In this document: piece after piece, positions 1 through 11,726 of the stretch | Layout: the number at the start of each line of letters is the position of its first letter | Numbering within the stretch: the stretch's first letter is position 1 | Origin: Malacoraja senta | Lineage: Eukaryota | Reading direction: 5' to 3' | Assembly (NCBI GenBank): GCA_038087875.1 | Contig: CM075984.1 | Span: forward strand, 10,044,001 to 10,108,000 | DNA length: 64,000 bases | The notes under the pieces: generated by a model | Database searches by the model: none | Told to the model about the DNA's origin: nothing | Seen by the model: only the letters and a program-made list of their open reading frames with translations | Made by a program: the position numbers and the translations under genes

Positions 1-261
1 GGCGAGAACGGCCTGGAACATCGGGCCTCCGCGAAGGCGACTGTGGAGGCCTCAATAGGCCCGACTATGGGTGGACATGGGATGGGGACTGGACTTTGTG
101 CCTTCCCCCACAGTGGGAACCATTGTGGGGGATGTTTTTATGTTTTATGTTACATTTCTTTCTTTAATGTTGTGTCTAGTTTGTGCTGCATGGCAAGACA
201 AATTTCACTACACCATTTGGTGTATGTGACAATAAATGTCCTTTGTCCTTTGACCTTTGTC
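1..261 (+). mobile_element. 3' end of a non-LTR element (Rex1/Babar- or L2-like) with short tandem tail
   Basis: Ends aatttcactacaccatttggtgtatgtgacAATAAA followed by a (tgtcctt)-type tandem tail; runs off the left edge. Confidence 0.5.
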
Positions 262-1201
262 AGTCAATCTCGTACAGAGGGAGCTTCCTCCAGGTACCCC
301 AGAACTCAGAAGATAGTACCTGGCGAGCAGCCTCCTAGTGCCTATTTTGGGTGGCAGCCACCAGTCTCCATCGCAAATAAGGCTGCCTCTTCAAATGGAC
401 TGGGTCCGAAGCATTAACTTTCAGAGCCTACTGATCAGAGATTCTATCAAATCCTATGAAATAATAACACTCAGGAGCTATTTAAGACAATGGATAATAC
501 CAGTTGATGTGGCAGATGGTATGGAAATGTATCAATGCGCTGGAGATAATCCAGCATTTTTTAATGACTAAGTTATTGTCAAATTAATATGGGAGTTAGT
601 AGCACTTACATAGATTCAGGGGAAGTCCATAAAAAATGTTTAAGGAACTAAAGGACCAGACAAAAGAAATGGTCCAGAAAATCTTCAGTGACCAATTCCA
701 GTTGTCATGCCTGGGGGACTTCAAAGTTGGAGCTACAATGCAATCCATGCAATGTTAAACTCCTCATATTAGTTCTGACAGAACACTGTGCTGAACCATG
801 CTCTGCTCTTGTTCATGGTTCTACAGAGAATTCTCGGATGTTTTCTCGTGGGTCACCTTATCTCAGGTCATCTCACTTGTGCATCGAAGCAAAGAGGAGT
901 CGGTGTCAGAAGTGAGCATTCTGCCTTCCTGTTCCACTGCTGGACTCACCGTCCAAGGACAGAACACTGAGGCACTGAGGTGAGGGACCAGATACACTTG
1001 ACTTGCAGCCGATCATTTTTATACCAGCTGTGGTTCATATTAGTACAGGAATACAGGCACTTAATTAAAAGTAAATGCAGGTGTATTTATAAATATTTTT
1101 TGATATTTAATTTATAGCACAGTGTTTTAAACAGATTTCTAGGTTTGGTTTCTTGTTTTTTTTTAATGTGTCTGATCATCAGATATATTCTCGGAAAGTT
1201 C

Positions 1202-1364
1202 GTGTAGGAAGGAATTGCAGATGCTGGTTTAAACCAAGGATAGACACAAAAAGCTGGTGTGACTCAGCAGTCAGACTGAAGAAGGATCTTGAACCGAAAC
1301 GTCACCCATTCCTTCTCTCCAGAGATGCAATCTGTCCCGCTGAGTTACTACAACTTTTTGTGTC
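1202..1364. mobile_element. PLE pLTR-derived mini-element (inverted arms, hammerhead-like core)
   Basis: Inverted tail gtgtaggaaggaattgcagatgctgg, then tcagaCTGAAGAaggatcttgaaccGAAAcgtc and the pLTR body; diverged flanking duplication tatattc..agttc. Confidence 0.75.
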
Positions 1365-1699
1365 TATATTCACAAACAGTTCAATGGTCTTGGCAAGAGT
1401 GAGCTGTCAAAAGATAGCAGGAGCTGCTGCAATCACGCTACCCATCCAATTGCCTTCCCAGATCTGTGGAAATGTTAGGTAGGAATAAGTGGTATCTATT
1501 CTCAAATGTCTTCATGAAATTGGTATTATCAAGATGTCATTGCACATATCCTAATGCATCTTCCCTGAACTTCCTGATCAATTTTTAACAACTGCTTAAT
1601 ATTAAAATTCTCACTGTTACTTTTAAATATCTCCACTGCTTCTCCCCTCCCATCCCTACCTGTCTCTGTCAACTACTCTAGCTGTAAAACCTCACAAAA

Positions 1700-2013
1700 T
1701 ACCTCCTCCATCCTAGTTCTCCGACTAGTTTCACTGTCTTCCTAATTAAATATTACTGATCATATCCCTCGTTGTCAACTTCCCTTCAGTTCAGAATGAA
1801 CCATTCTACATTTTCCTTGAACCGTCCCCTTTGATTTGTGTTTTCACACCACACCCTTCCATGTCTCCCTCTCCCCTGATTCTCAGTCTAAAGAAGGGTC
1901 TCGACCCGAAATGTCACTCATCCCTTCTCTCCTGAGAGGCTGCCTGTCCCGTTGAGTTGCTTCAGCATTTTGTGTCTATCTTCGATCTGCCTATCTGCAG
2001 TTCTTTCCAACAC
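1700..2013 (+). mobile_element. PLE 3' UTR/pLTR fragment
   Basis: ctcagtctaaagaagggtctcgacccgaaatgtcac..., pLTR body and tail ctgcagttctttccaacac. Confidence 0.7.
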
Positions 2014-2019
2014 ATACGC

Positions 2020-2320
2020 CCTCCCAAAGTCCCTGTTCTCCTCCATTCCAGCACTTCATCAACTCCAGGTCTAATTGCTCCAACTTTGGCTGCCATTGGC
2101 TTCATCTGCCAAAGTCCTGCACTCTACAATTCCCACCTTAAACCTCTCCACCTGTTATCATCTTTTCTTCCCCAAGCTGTTCCTTAAACTTATCCCTTGA
2201 CCAAGCTTTACATTTTTCTGCCTTAATACCACTTTCTATGGCAGTATTAAAGTATGTTCAATCACAGTCCTGTGAAGCACACTTGTTTTGGTTGCCATAG
2301 GTTTAAATATATATTGAGTT
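2020..2320 (+). mobile_element. Old L2-type LINE 3' end
   Basis: Decayed motifs cccaccttaaacctctcc, cccttgaccaagcttt and cctgtgaagcac resemble L2 3' tails. Confidence 0.4.
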
Positions 2321-2653
2321 CACTGACACTCCATTAGCAGAGTGTAATAGAATTAATGCCTCACATTGGTGAGGTTAATAGTTTTTTTCTTCAAAAATGT
2401 TTGGCATAAAATGTTTAATGCAAATTTAAAATGAAATGTGCATAATTTATTCATGACTTATTAGATTGAAAAATAACTCACAATTATTGATTGAATTGAA
2501 AAATTACACCAAATATTGCTTTCACTGCATCCATTTTCTAAGTGAAGTCAATGAAGCAGGTGGTGTTTGACTAATGGTCAATGTTAGCTGCATACTGAAG
2601 AGGACTAAATAGGGATTTATTATACCTGCTGTTTCATTAGGAGTCACAGCTGA

Positions 2654-2967
2654 GTTTAGTTTAGTTTAGTTTAGCTTAGCTGAGAGATATAGCACGGTAA
2701 CAGGCCTTTTGGCCCACTAACCAGTCCGCGCTAACCAGTGATCCCGAGCACCATCCTACACACTAGGGACAATTTACAATTTTTATAGAAGCCAATTAAC
2801 CTACTTGGTATGTCTTGAGAATATGGGAGGAAAGCAAAGGTCCCGGAGAAAATCCACACGATCACGGGGAAAAGGTACAAACTCCATACAGCCAGCACCC
2901 GTAGTTAGGTTCGAACCCGGGTTTCTGGTGCTATAAGGCAGCAACTCTACCGCTGCACCACCATGCC
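2654..2967 (-). mobile_element. HE1/V-type tRNA-derived SINE
   Basis: Minus strand has A/B boxes (ggtggtgcagcggtag, gggttcgaac), V-domain-like core, CR1-like tail and (ctaaa)n. Confidence 0.85.
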
Positions 2968-3429
2968 ATCCCTGTGTGCCAGCTAGATATCTCTGACTGA
3001 GCTCAACAAGGTTGCCCAAATAACAGCTCCTTACATATGGATGTGAAATTGTTTGGAAAAAAGCGTAAACTGAAGTGTTGATTGAAACTTTGATGAAGAA
3101 TCACAAGTTTACAGCTGGCCTGTGGTTTAATATGTTGCCACAATTAATAATCACATATCTGTATTGCACTTTGTTTGGGAATTGCCATATGGCTACAAGG
3201 ATCTCTTTTGTGTACCTGCAGAACCACATGAAACGGGCAGTGATCAACAGCCCCACAACTGCTTTCGGCATGAAATCATCACTGAGAAATTCAACAGCAC
3301 TCAGTGCTTCATCTATCAGGTGCTCGAGAAAGAGTTGCTCACAGATTAGGCCTTTCCTTTACACTCTGTGCCAATGCAGTTAAATCTGTTTTAACAATGA
3401 TGAGAGGTGCAGAAGCCAGTGATAAGACT

Positions 3430-3990
3430 TGTCCAGGGTCCAAGTCGTTTACACATATCACAAACAATCGAAATCCCAGAGTAGATCCCTGCGGAACTCG
3501 ACTGGTCACAGGCATCCAACCATAACAAACCCCTTTCACTGCAACCCTCTCTCTGCTATGAGTAAGGCAATTCTGAATCCCATGCATCTTAATCTTCTGG
3601 ATCAGTCTACCATGGGGAAATTTATCAAATGCCTTCCTAAATCCATGGAGAGTACATCCACCACCCTACCCTCATCAATCACCTTTGTTACTTCCTCAAG
3701 AAACTCAATTACGTTAGTAAGACATTACCTGCCACATACAAACTGTCCCTAATTAACCCATTTGCTTCAAAATGGGGGTAAATTCTAATGTGAAGAATCC
3801 ATTCCAATAGTTTTCCCATCACTGGTGTGAGGCTCACTGCCCAATAATTCCCTGGATTATCTCTACTTCCCTTCTTAAACAAAGGAACAACGTTACCTAC
3901 TCCCAGACCTCGCCTCTGGCTGGAGAAAATCCAAAGAACTTTGCAAGGCCCCTGCAATCTCCTCTCTTGCTTCACTCGATAATCTGGGAT
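3430..3990 (-). mobile_element. CR1 LINE RT fragment (decayed)
   Basis: NVVPLFKKGSRDNPGNYWAVSLTPVMGKLLE and WMPVTSRVPQGSTLG in different frames. Confidence 0.85.
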
Positions 3991-4029
3991 TGATCCCGTC
4001 ACATCCTGAGGATTCATTAAACGTGCTTG

Positions 4030-4215
4030 TTTTAGTCAAGACAGGAAAGAGGAAAGATGTAGGGAATTCCAGGTCAACTAGCTTAATAGCAGCAGGAGGG
4101 AAGATTCTGGAATCAATTTTAAGTGATGTGGTAACAGAAACTCATAATCTGGCCTGGATCAGACTTTTCAAATGAAAATCATGGTTCGCAAATCTATTAA
4201 AGCTATTTGAAGATT
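4030..4215 (+). mobile_element. CR1 RT fragment (old)
   Basis: KTGKRKDVGNSRSTSLIAAGGKILESIL resembles the CR1 KKG..GNYRPVSLTS..GKILE motif. Confidence 0.55.
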
Positions 4216-6061
4216 TCTCATTTTCCAACCTCATTTAGTAAAGTACCCTGGAGAAGTTTATTACCAAACATTAGAAAGCAGTCTATTAGAGATAAAATAT
4301 ATGGCAAGGATATTAGAACAAAAGTGGTTTGGAAGTAATGAGGCTCTCATAAAATCAGTGATTGCTAATTGATTCAATCTGCAAAGTTTGCTACAGTGCA
4401 GCATTTGGATGAGCAGAATATCGCTCGCAGTGACCAAGATTTCCAGGTTTAACAGGGCTGTCTGTGTCACAGAATGCTCTTCTTCCTAGGCAGAAAGGAA
4501 TATTTGTATTGGTGAATTACTTTTGTGTATAATTTGTATTTCCTCTCTTCAAAATATCCCAGAGTATAATTTAAAATAATTCTATTCCTCCTTTGATCAC
4601 GAGCAGAAACTGCCTAACAACTGTTTGTAGCCAGCTGCACTAAGGTTGATAAGAATTGCCCCAAGTAACGCAATCTAATTCCTCCCCTTGCTCCTGCAGA
4701 ATGAACCAATACACTCAGCATTCCCCAAACAGCCTGTGAATTTAATAGTTCATTATTATTAAAATTCTCAAATATCCTTTCTTTTAATTTTGTGTTACAA
4801 TTGAATTCAATTACAAATAGACTGTTCAGTATGTTGCAAATGACCAAATGTAGAATTAAAGGACTTTTAATATTTTTTAATGACTTTTGCTTTGGAGTTC
4901 AACTCTTTCTTCCTATATTCCTGTGCAAAGAATATGTTCATCACTCTCTGAAACTTGATTTTAGAGAAACAGAGTTGTACAGCTTTGAAACAGGTCCTTC
5001 GGCCCACAACCTCTATGCTGACTATCATTCTTATCTATATTAATCCCACTTGTGTGTAATAATTCCATATCTCCTTGAGTCCTGCTCATTCAAGAACCTG
5101 TAAAAATACCTCTTTTGCCGTATTGATATATTATAAAAATTCTTTAATGTTTTTGGTTTAATAAAAACAAAGTTGCAGTTTGAGTTATTGAGTCTTTTTC
5201 GCTCTTACATTTCCCTTGTATTCAAGTCTTATTTTGAAAAAGCTTCCCTTTGGTGAGTCAGCGGTAACTGACGCGTGCAGAAGCTTCCAACTATTTACCT
5301 TGCCTGAAATTGTAGTGTGCAATTGTAAATTTACACAAACCAAAAACAACGTAGCAGAATTAAATGTTTTTTTTATAAATGCATTCAAAGTGCACAAGAG
5401 CAACTGCATCACTAAATTAAAAAAAAGATTATAGTCCTTATAGTATAAGATTATAAAATTAAACATCCGTTAGATTTAGCACCAATGATAGTTTAATCCC
5501 ATTATATTAAAGAAAATATACTTCACCAAATCAATATTTTTCCTAAAGCTTTGCTGCTGATTCAGTGTTACTTGAAATTACCAAGAACAGTTACTTATTC
5601 AGCAGAGGAAATGCTGGGTGAATCAAAGCAAATAACCTATTGATATATTTTTTTAAGGCCAATGAATCTAAGATAAATATGAGATGCATGAGTCAAATAT
5701 TGGAGAAACACTCTGAAATGTGTTGAGATCCAACTTGAATCAAGCATTTCTCTGCTGTGTTTTAAATGTACAAAAATATAACTTCTGCCAATTGCATTTT
5801 TATTCAACTTTATGCCAGTTGATGATTAACTGAAGGTTTTGCTCAGGTCCTATTACCGGGTTCTATGATAAAAATGTAGTTGAGTATAATGTGGTCCTTA
5901 TCAGGACCATTGACATGACTTTGAATTTCACGAGCAGAGAAGCCAATTAATTATCTAAAAGCAGTCAAACGAAGCTTGAACTTTGTTTTGTTCACCACAA
6001 TTACTATCTGAAGTATTTCCAGCAAAGATACACACAAAATGCTGGAGTAACTCTTGTTATC

Positions 6062-6534
6062 TTGGGCGGCAGACTGTGAGAAAGCCTGTATACAGCGGGA
6101 TATAGATCAGCTATAGAAATGGATAGAGAAATGGCAGATGCAGTTTAATCCGATAAAGTGTGCAGTGTTGTACTTTGAAAGGTCAAATGTAAGTGGAAAA
6201 TATTCAATTCATGGCAAGACCCTTAAAAACATTAATGCAAACCTTGGGGTCCAAATCCATAGCACTCTGAAAATGGCCAAACAAGTAGATAGAGTGGTAA
6301 AGAAGGCACATGGTATTGTTGCCTTCATTGATCAAGGCATTGAGTATAAAACTCATGGAGTCATAATGTAGCTTTATCGGACTTTGGTTGTGCCGCCTTT
6401 GAAGTATTGCATGTAGTTCTGCCCACCCCAATGCAGAAAGGATGTGGAGGTTTAGAGAGGGTGCAGTGGAGGGATACGGAAATTATGCCTGGATTAGAGG
6501 TTATTAGCTACAAGGAGAGGTTGGACAGATTTGG
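6062..6534 (+). mobile_element. CR1 LINE 3' part, left half (split by the DIRS element)
   Basis: WQMQFNPIKCAVLYF..LGVQIHSTLK; the sequence resumes at 11203. Confidence 0.85.
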
Positions 6535-7989
6535 ATTTTATATCGAAGTCACGTGAGTGACTACGTGAAGAGCCCGCCAGTCCACATGCGCGTCAATACG
6601 CGAGACGCAATGCGGCGAGACGGAGCAGTTCGCAACTGCTCTGGCAGGTAAGTGATTTTACTTTCAGCGGGCTGCTGCGACAGCGGTCCCGGAGCAGCTG
6701 ATGGAGGCGGCCGCTCCTGGCGGCAGCCGCCGTTGCAGCTCCGAATGGGAGCACGCGGCCGAATTTGGAGGCTCTATAGGAGCTCGGTTTCGTAATTGCC
6801 TGCCGGCTTTGGGCTCTATATGGGAGAAGGCGGCCGGATTTTAAGCCACCGTGGGAACTCCATTAGGAGTTGGGGCTGCCGGCGCGGCTAGGGAGCTCGC
6901 TGCTAAAATTAGCAGCAGACGGTGTTTAAATATAGCCGCGGCTAGGTTTCGAATCGCTGCTAAGAATAATAGCGGTCGGTGTTAGCCGCGGCCAGGGCAG
7001 TGAACGCTAGGTAAGCTCAGCTGCCACAGCGCCTATACATTTTTTAAACATAGAAATGCTGCTGAGGCAGCATACGCTGGAGACCAGCATATAGCGTGTG
7101 CTCTATTCACAGGGGCACTTCGATATACTACACATAGTTCTTTAATTAAAGTCAAAATCTGAAGAACTGATTAAGGTAGTTAAAAATAGAGTTGGCAGTT
7201 TTAATAGCAGTTGCTGTTTCGGTCACATTTGTGACTATCGCAGTAGAAAGGACATATATTATCATACACCATATGTAGTAAAATTTGACTTGCCATTACG
7301 GCACAGAATGGGGCTCCACTGCAGCAGGCGGCTGTTCTGAAAAACTCCATTGAGGCTCCAGAAAAGAGCTCCTGGCTTAGGAAGCCTTTCTTCAGCTGTG
7401 TCTATTCGACACCTGTGGAGCTATACCTAGTGCAGGGTTGCATCATGATAATTTCCGCTCAGTAGAGGGGACTGTTGGAGATCCTTCATAAGAGACCCCA
7501 ACCATGTGGATATCGACAAAGCAGTCGAATCTTTGATCCAATGGGGCTATGCTTCCGTTTAAATCATATGAACTGTGACAACGCCTGGCAGGGTTGCAGT
7601 ATTTCTCCCACTCTGTCTAGCGGACTATCGGGAAGAGGTGACTCCGATTGTAATGCCGGCTCATCCGAGACATGTGGGGGCCAGAGCTGAAATACTCCGT
7701 TGAGGCTCCAGAAGGGAGCAAGGACTCAGTGTCACTAGCAGGTGCAACCTGTCTGGTAAGTATAATGATGATACCGACAGAGCATCGATCTGCACAGCTA
7801 GTCCCGGTTCAGCTCCTAGAGGGAGCAGCTTGACAACCCCAAGTCAGGGCAAAGTCAAAGCCAAGTCTGTGGGACAAGTCATGTTGGACGATTTGGGTCA
7901 AAGGGATTCTGTCCCCATATCTATGGCAGATGTGATTGGCCGTTTGTCTCAATTAGAACATCTGATGAATCAGATGGTGGCACGAGAAA

Positions 7990-8370
7990 TGCTCCGTGTT
8001 ACAGAGGCATGTCAGGCAGCAACTCCTGGTTCAGGGTTGCAATATTCCTCCCACTCAGATGAAAGGAGTGTTGGAGAAGGTGCCAAATAATATGCTCCGT
8101 ATTACCGAAGCATGCATAGGCAGTTCAAGTCAGTTGCCTGTAGCTACTCCTGGTTCTGGGTTGGAATATTCCTCCCACTCGAAACACTTTCGGAGATGGT
8201 GTCACAAAATATGCTCCGTGTTACGGAAGTATGCACAGGCAGTTTGAGTCATACACATGTGGCAACGCCTGGTTCGGGATGCACTAATTTTCCCACTGTA
8301 AAGGGAGTGTCAGAGATCAGTATGGAACTGACTCCGAACATGACTCCGAACATGACTCCGAACATGACTA
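7990..8370 (+). repeat. Three diverged ~100-120-bp tandem units plus (tgactccgaaca)x3 inside the DIRS element
   Basis: atgctccgt(g/a)ttac recurs at ~7989, ~8092 and ~8211; 12-mer array at ~8329-8367. Confidence 0.8.
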
Positions 8371-9569
8371 TGTGCCTGAATCCCATGCTTTAATGCATGA
8401 TGTACAAGAGTCGCATAAGGCCACTACTAGAGAAGTTGGCCAGCGGCATCAGCTATCTAACATCACACCAGCTGAAGAAATGACATGACCGACAGGGTCT
8501 GAAAATGGAACTTAGCTGAAGCTCCAACAAGCAAATCGACCCGGGTTCAGAGACGCTGGCAGGTAAGGTCTCTTTATTAACCTCCGTAAAACTCTGAAAT
8601 GGAGCAGTCTGTCGGCCCAGGTTTGGGTTTACTGGCAGCATGGGCTGTCTAGTATTTTTTCACTGTCTCTGGGATAGATCAGGTTGATGCAGAGACATTG
8701 GCAGAGTGCCTTGCATAGTAACCTCTGTAAGTTCCAAGTAGGAACAGCTTGGTTACCCTGGTTCAGGGTAGACCATCATGGAACTGGCTGGCCATATGGG
8801 TCACATTGACCAGGGAAGCACTGCCTCATCATCTGTGATTGAGGTTATCAGATTGCTCAGTAGAATGAAGTAGTTGAAGTCTTCCTCAACACATGGTTTA
8901 TTTTCTCCTCAGTTAGTAGAGTTGCCGGTTCATTGGAATCATCATTGCCATCCTCTCTGGGATAGGTAGCTACCAGCAGGAAGCTGGTCTGGCACATAGA
9001 TTTTTTATCTGACCTACAGGTTCATGTTGTGAATCAACAATGTATTGATAAAAATCCGTAGGCTCTCAATACCAGTATTCCTGGTTGAGTGGCGGGTCGA
9101 GGAGATTGTGTTGTGCACTCTAGCGACTCAGACAAGTGGTTTCAGTCAGAGGACTGTGAGGCAATTCCTGATTCAGGCTTGCATTATGCTAAAAATCCAC
9201 TCTGAGGAAGAACGCTGAGAATTCATGCTGACTCTTATAGTCGAGAGTTGACAGGGAACTCGTATTCCCACTTCAAAGGGAGACAGTGTTTTCACCTCTA
9301 GTCATAAGGTTCTGATTATATGTTATCAGCGAAATGTATGAATAACTAGATAATGCATCTTCCGCGGCAAGAGAAACCAAATATTTTCCGTCCGTATGGT
9401 CAATAGAGGAACGGTGGTTCCGAGTGGAATCAGTGACATCTCATCGGAGGATGAGTGGTCTGGCCAAGCACAAGAGGGGTATATTTCTGATACTTCTCAA
9501 GATTAAAGAAACATGGAGCATGCCAAATCGGGTTAGCATTTGGCTAATCTGATCATGTGTTTAGTTACC

Positions 9570-9760
9570 CAGTTTAAGATGGATGATTGCTTTCAGCAGT
9601 TTAACTGATTCAGAGAATCAATCTTGGAGATGCATACTTTGCCACGTCTATACACATGAGGCACAGATTATCTGATGTTTGATAACAAAGCCAGTGGTGG
9701 GAGCCAATGCTGCCCTACTCAGATCAAAGGGCATTGTGTCATCCAGTTTAGATAATATGC
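9570..9760 (+). pseudogene. DIRS reverse-transcriptase remnant
   Basis: QFKMD (cf. HFKME), INLGDAYFATSIHMRHR (cf. IDLKDAYFSVPIH) and ALLRSKGIVSSSLDN (cf. ..YLDD); frames are broken. Confidence 0.7.
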
Positions 9761-10269
9761 AAAATTTGCAGCTGATAAAACTTAGGGGTTATCAGTAGAT
9801 ACCTCTTGCGATATTAAGAATGAGGCAACATGAAATTTAATAGTGTCAATTTTGCCTATTCATTCAGGCGGCTGAAGCAACTCCTATTCACTCGGTCACA
9901 AGTGATGGCTGGGGCAGCCTGTCTTCTCGGGCAGCTAGCTCTGCACGATTGTATGGGAAGCTTGTGAACAAAATATGTGAGTTACTTTTAAACGGAAGTA
10001 ACAGAGGTTTGTTTGGCTTTCAGTTTGAGCCAAGAGAAGCATTTATGTGATAGCACAATTGACACTGTTTGTGCTGCTTTGTCATTCTCTATAGTACCAT
10101 AAGTGGGACAATTAATGATTGGTTATTCACCCGCTGTTCACTAACGTTATGCAGGGTGTCTTTTTATATGGCAACTCTAATAGCCTACACTCATTGTAGT
10201 GTGTAATGTATATCAGTAAATTATTATGCAAATATTCTTCAACTGTTTTCCTAATGGGAGCAGTATTTT

Positions 10270-10760
10270 TAAGATGATTATGCTTTCAGCAACTGATCTC
10301 AGCACAAAGAGCACAGTCTTTACTCAATGTCTGGCTCGGTCTCTGGGTTATAACTGACATTAATGTAGCTTGTTATGGGAATGATCTCATAAGCAAAATG
10401 GGCATGATTGCGTACATTTGAAGTTGACAACATACCCACCAGAGCAGAGATTGGGGGTGTCATTAGGTATACAAGTACACTGAGCTTGCTAGTACCTATG
10501 AGATGAAAGATACTTTCTTTATTGTTATTCAATAGTCTCAAGATATTGCTGATGGCTCATTAGCAGCCAATAGAATGGATATTTCCCTTTCATCATACAG
10601 CAAGAGGCTTACATAGTGTGTGTTAATAAATTAAGAAATTTGGTTGAATATGTCTGGATATTTGCAGATAGAATTCTGCACAGTGTTGCATGAGTTATTG
10701 TCTAACTCAAAGTCAATTGGGACTATGGTCTAGTTAAGAACAATGGCCATTTATGCAAGT
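10270..10760 (+). pseudogene. DIRS tyrosine-recombinase remnant
   Basis: LISAQRAQSL at 10293-10322 resembles the DIRS YR box with the catalytic Arg (cf. L.SAQR.QSL); it lies just upstream of the ICR as expected. Confidence 0.55.
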
Positions 10761-10868
10761 TAGCATCATGGTATTAATAACCCATGTATTTTCTACCATT
10801 AATGGTTTATCTGTTTAAGTGTTTCACACACAGATTGGGTTACTGTATGAAACCACAGAGCTTTGAAG

Positions 10869-10980
10869 TCTTCACGTAGTCACTCACGTGACTTCGATAT
10901 AAAATAGAAAGATTAAACGAGAACTTACCGTTTGAAGTTTGATCTTTATTTTATGAGAAGTTGAAGTGAGGGAGTACGTG
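10869..10980. repeat. DIRS internal complementary region (ICR; encodes the circle junction)
   Basis: Its reverse complement reads right terminus ...tttct-ATT-ttatatcg... left terminus. Confidence 0.95.
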
Positions 10981-11202
10981 CCCTTCACTCCCAACCCTAC
11001 TTCTCATAAAGGTAATTCGGTAGTTCTAAGGTCGTTAATCTTCCCATAGCTTAGGTCAGCAACTATTCTGTGGTTTCATACAGCTGCTCTAAAGATTGAC
11101 GCGCATGCGGACTGGCGGGCTCTTCACGTATTCCCTCACTTCAACTTCTCATAAAATAAAGATCAAACTTCAAACGGTAAGTTCTCGTTTAATCTTTCTA
11201 TT

Positions 11203-11586
11203 CTGTTCTCTAGAATGTCAGTGGTTGAGGGGAGACCTGATAAAAGTATATAAAATTATGAGAGACATAGATAGGGTAGACAATCAGAGCCTTTTTCCGA
11301 GATGGAATTATCAAATACAAGAGGGCACAGCTTTATGGTGAGAGGGGCAGAGTTAAAAATGTGCGGACCAAGTTGTCCTTTACACAGAGGGTGATGGGTG
11401 CTTGGAATGCACAGCCAGGGATAGTGGTGGAGGCAGATACAATGGTGGCATTTAAGAAACATTTGGATAGGCACATGGATGGTGAATGGAGGAATATGGA
11501 TTCTGTGCAGGCAGATGAGTAGTGGTCTTTATGGTTGGCACAGACATTGTGAACCAGAGGGCCTGTTCCTGTGCTGCACTGTTCTT
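11203..11586 (+). mobile_element. CR1 LINE 3' end, right half
   Basis: SLECQWLRGDLIKVYKIMRDIDRVD, then a CR1 3' UTR ending gggcctgttcctgtgctgcactgttct. Confidence 0.85.
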
Positions 11587-11726
11587 TAATTACTGATTTG
11601 TTGGATTAAGTACCACAAATAGTGTTTAATAAGGAATACAAAGTTATATATACATTTAAATAGTCTTGATCACATCCTTTTCGGAGCATCATTACAAGAT
11701 TGATAGTTAAGTCCTTCTTCTCACTG

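Larger units (their letters stand above)
6535..11202 (+). mobile_element. DIRS1-like tyrosine-recombinase retrotransposon, coding-decayed (non-autonomous)
   Basis: ITRs 6562-6597/11095-11130 (35/36). ICR 10869-10980 is complementary to the left end 6535-6571 (37/37) and the right end 11125-11202 (77/78). ATT at both ends. Remnant RT and YR motifs inside. Confidence 0.92.

Noticed and set aside
11700-11726. Start of the 679-aa ORF
   Set aside because: The TTG start lies in flank/TSD outside the element; the PLE is 5'-truncated.
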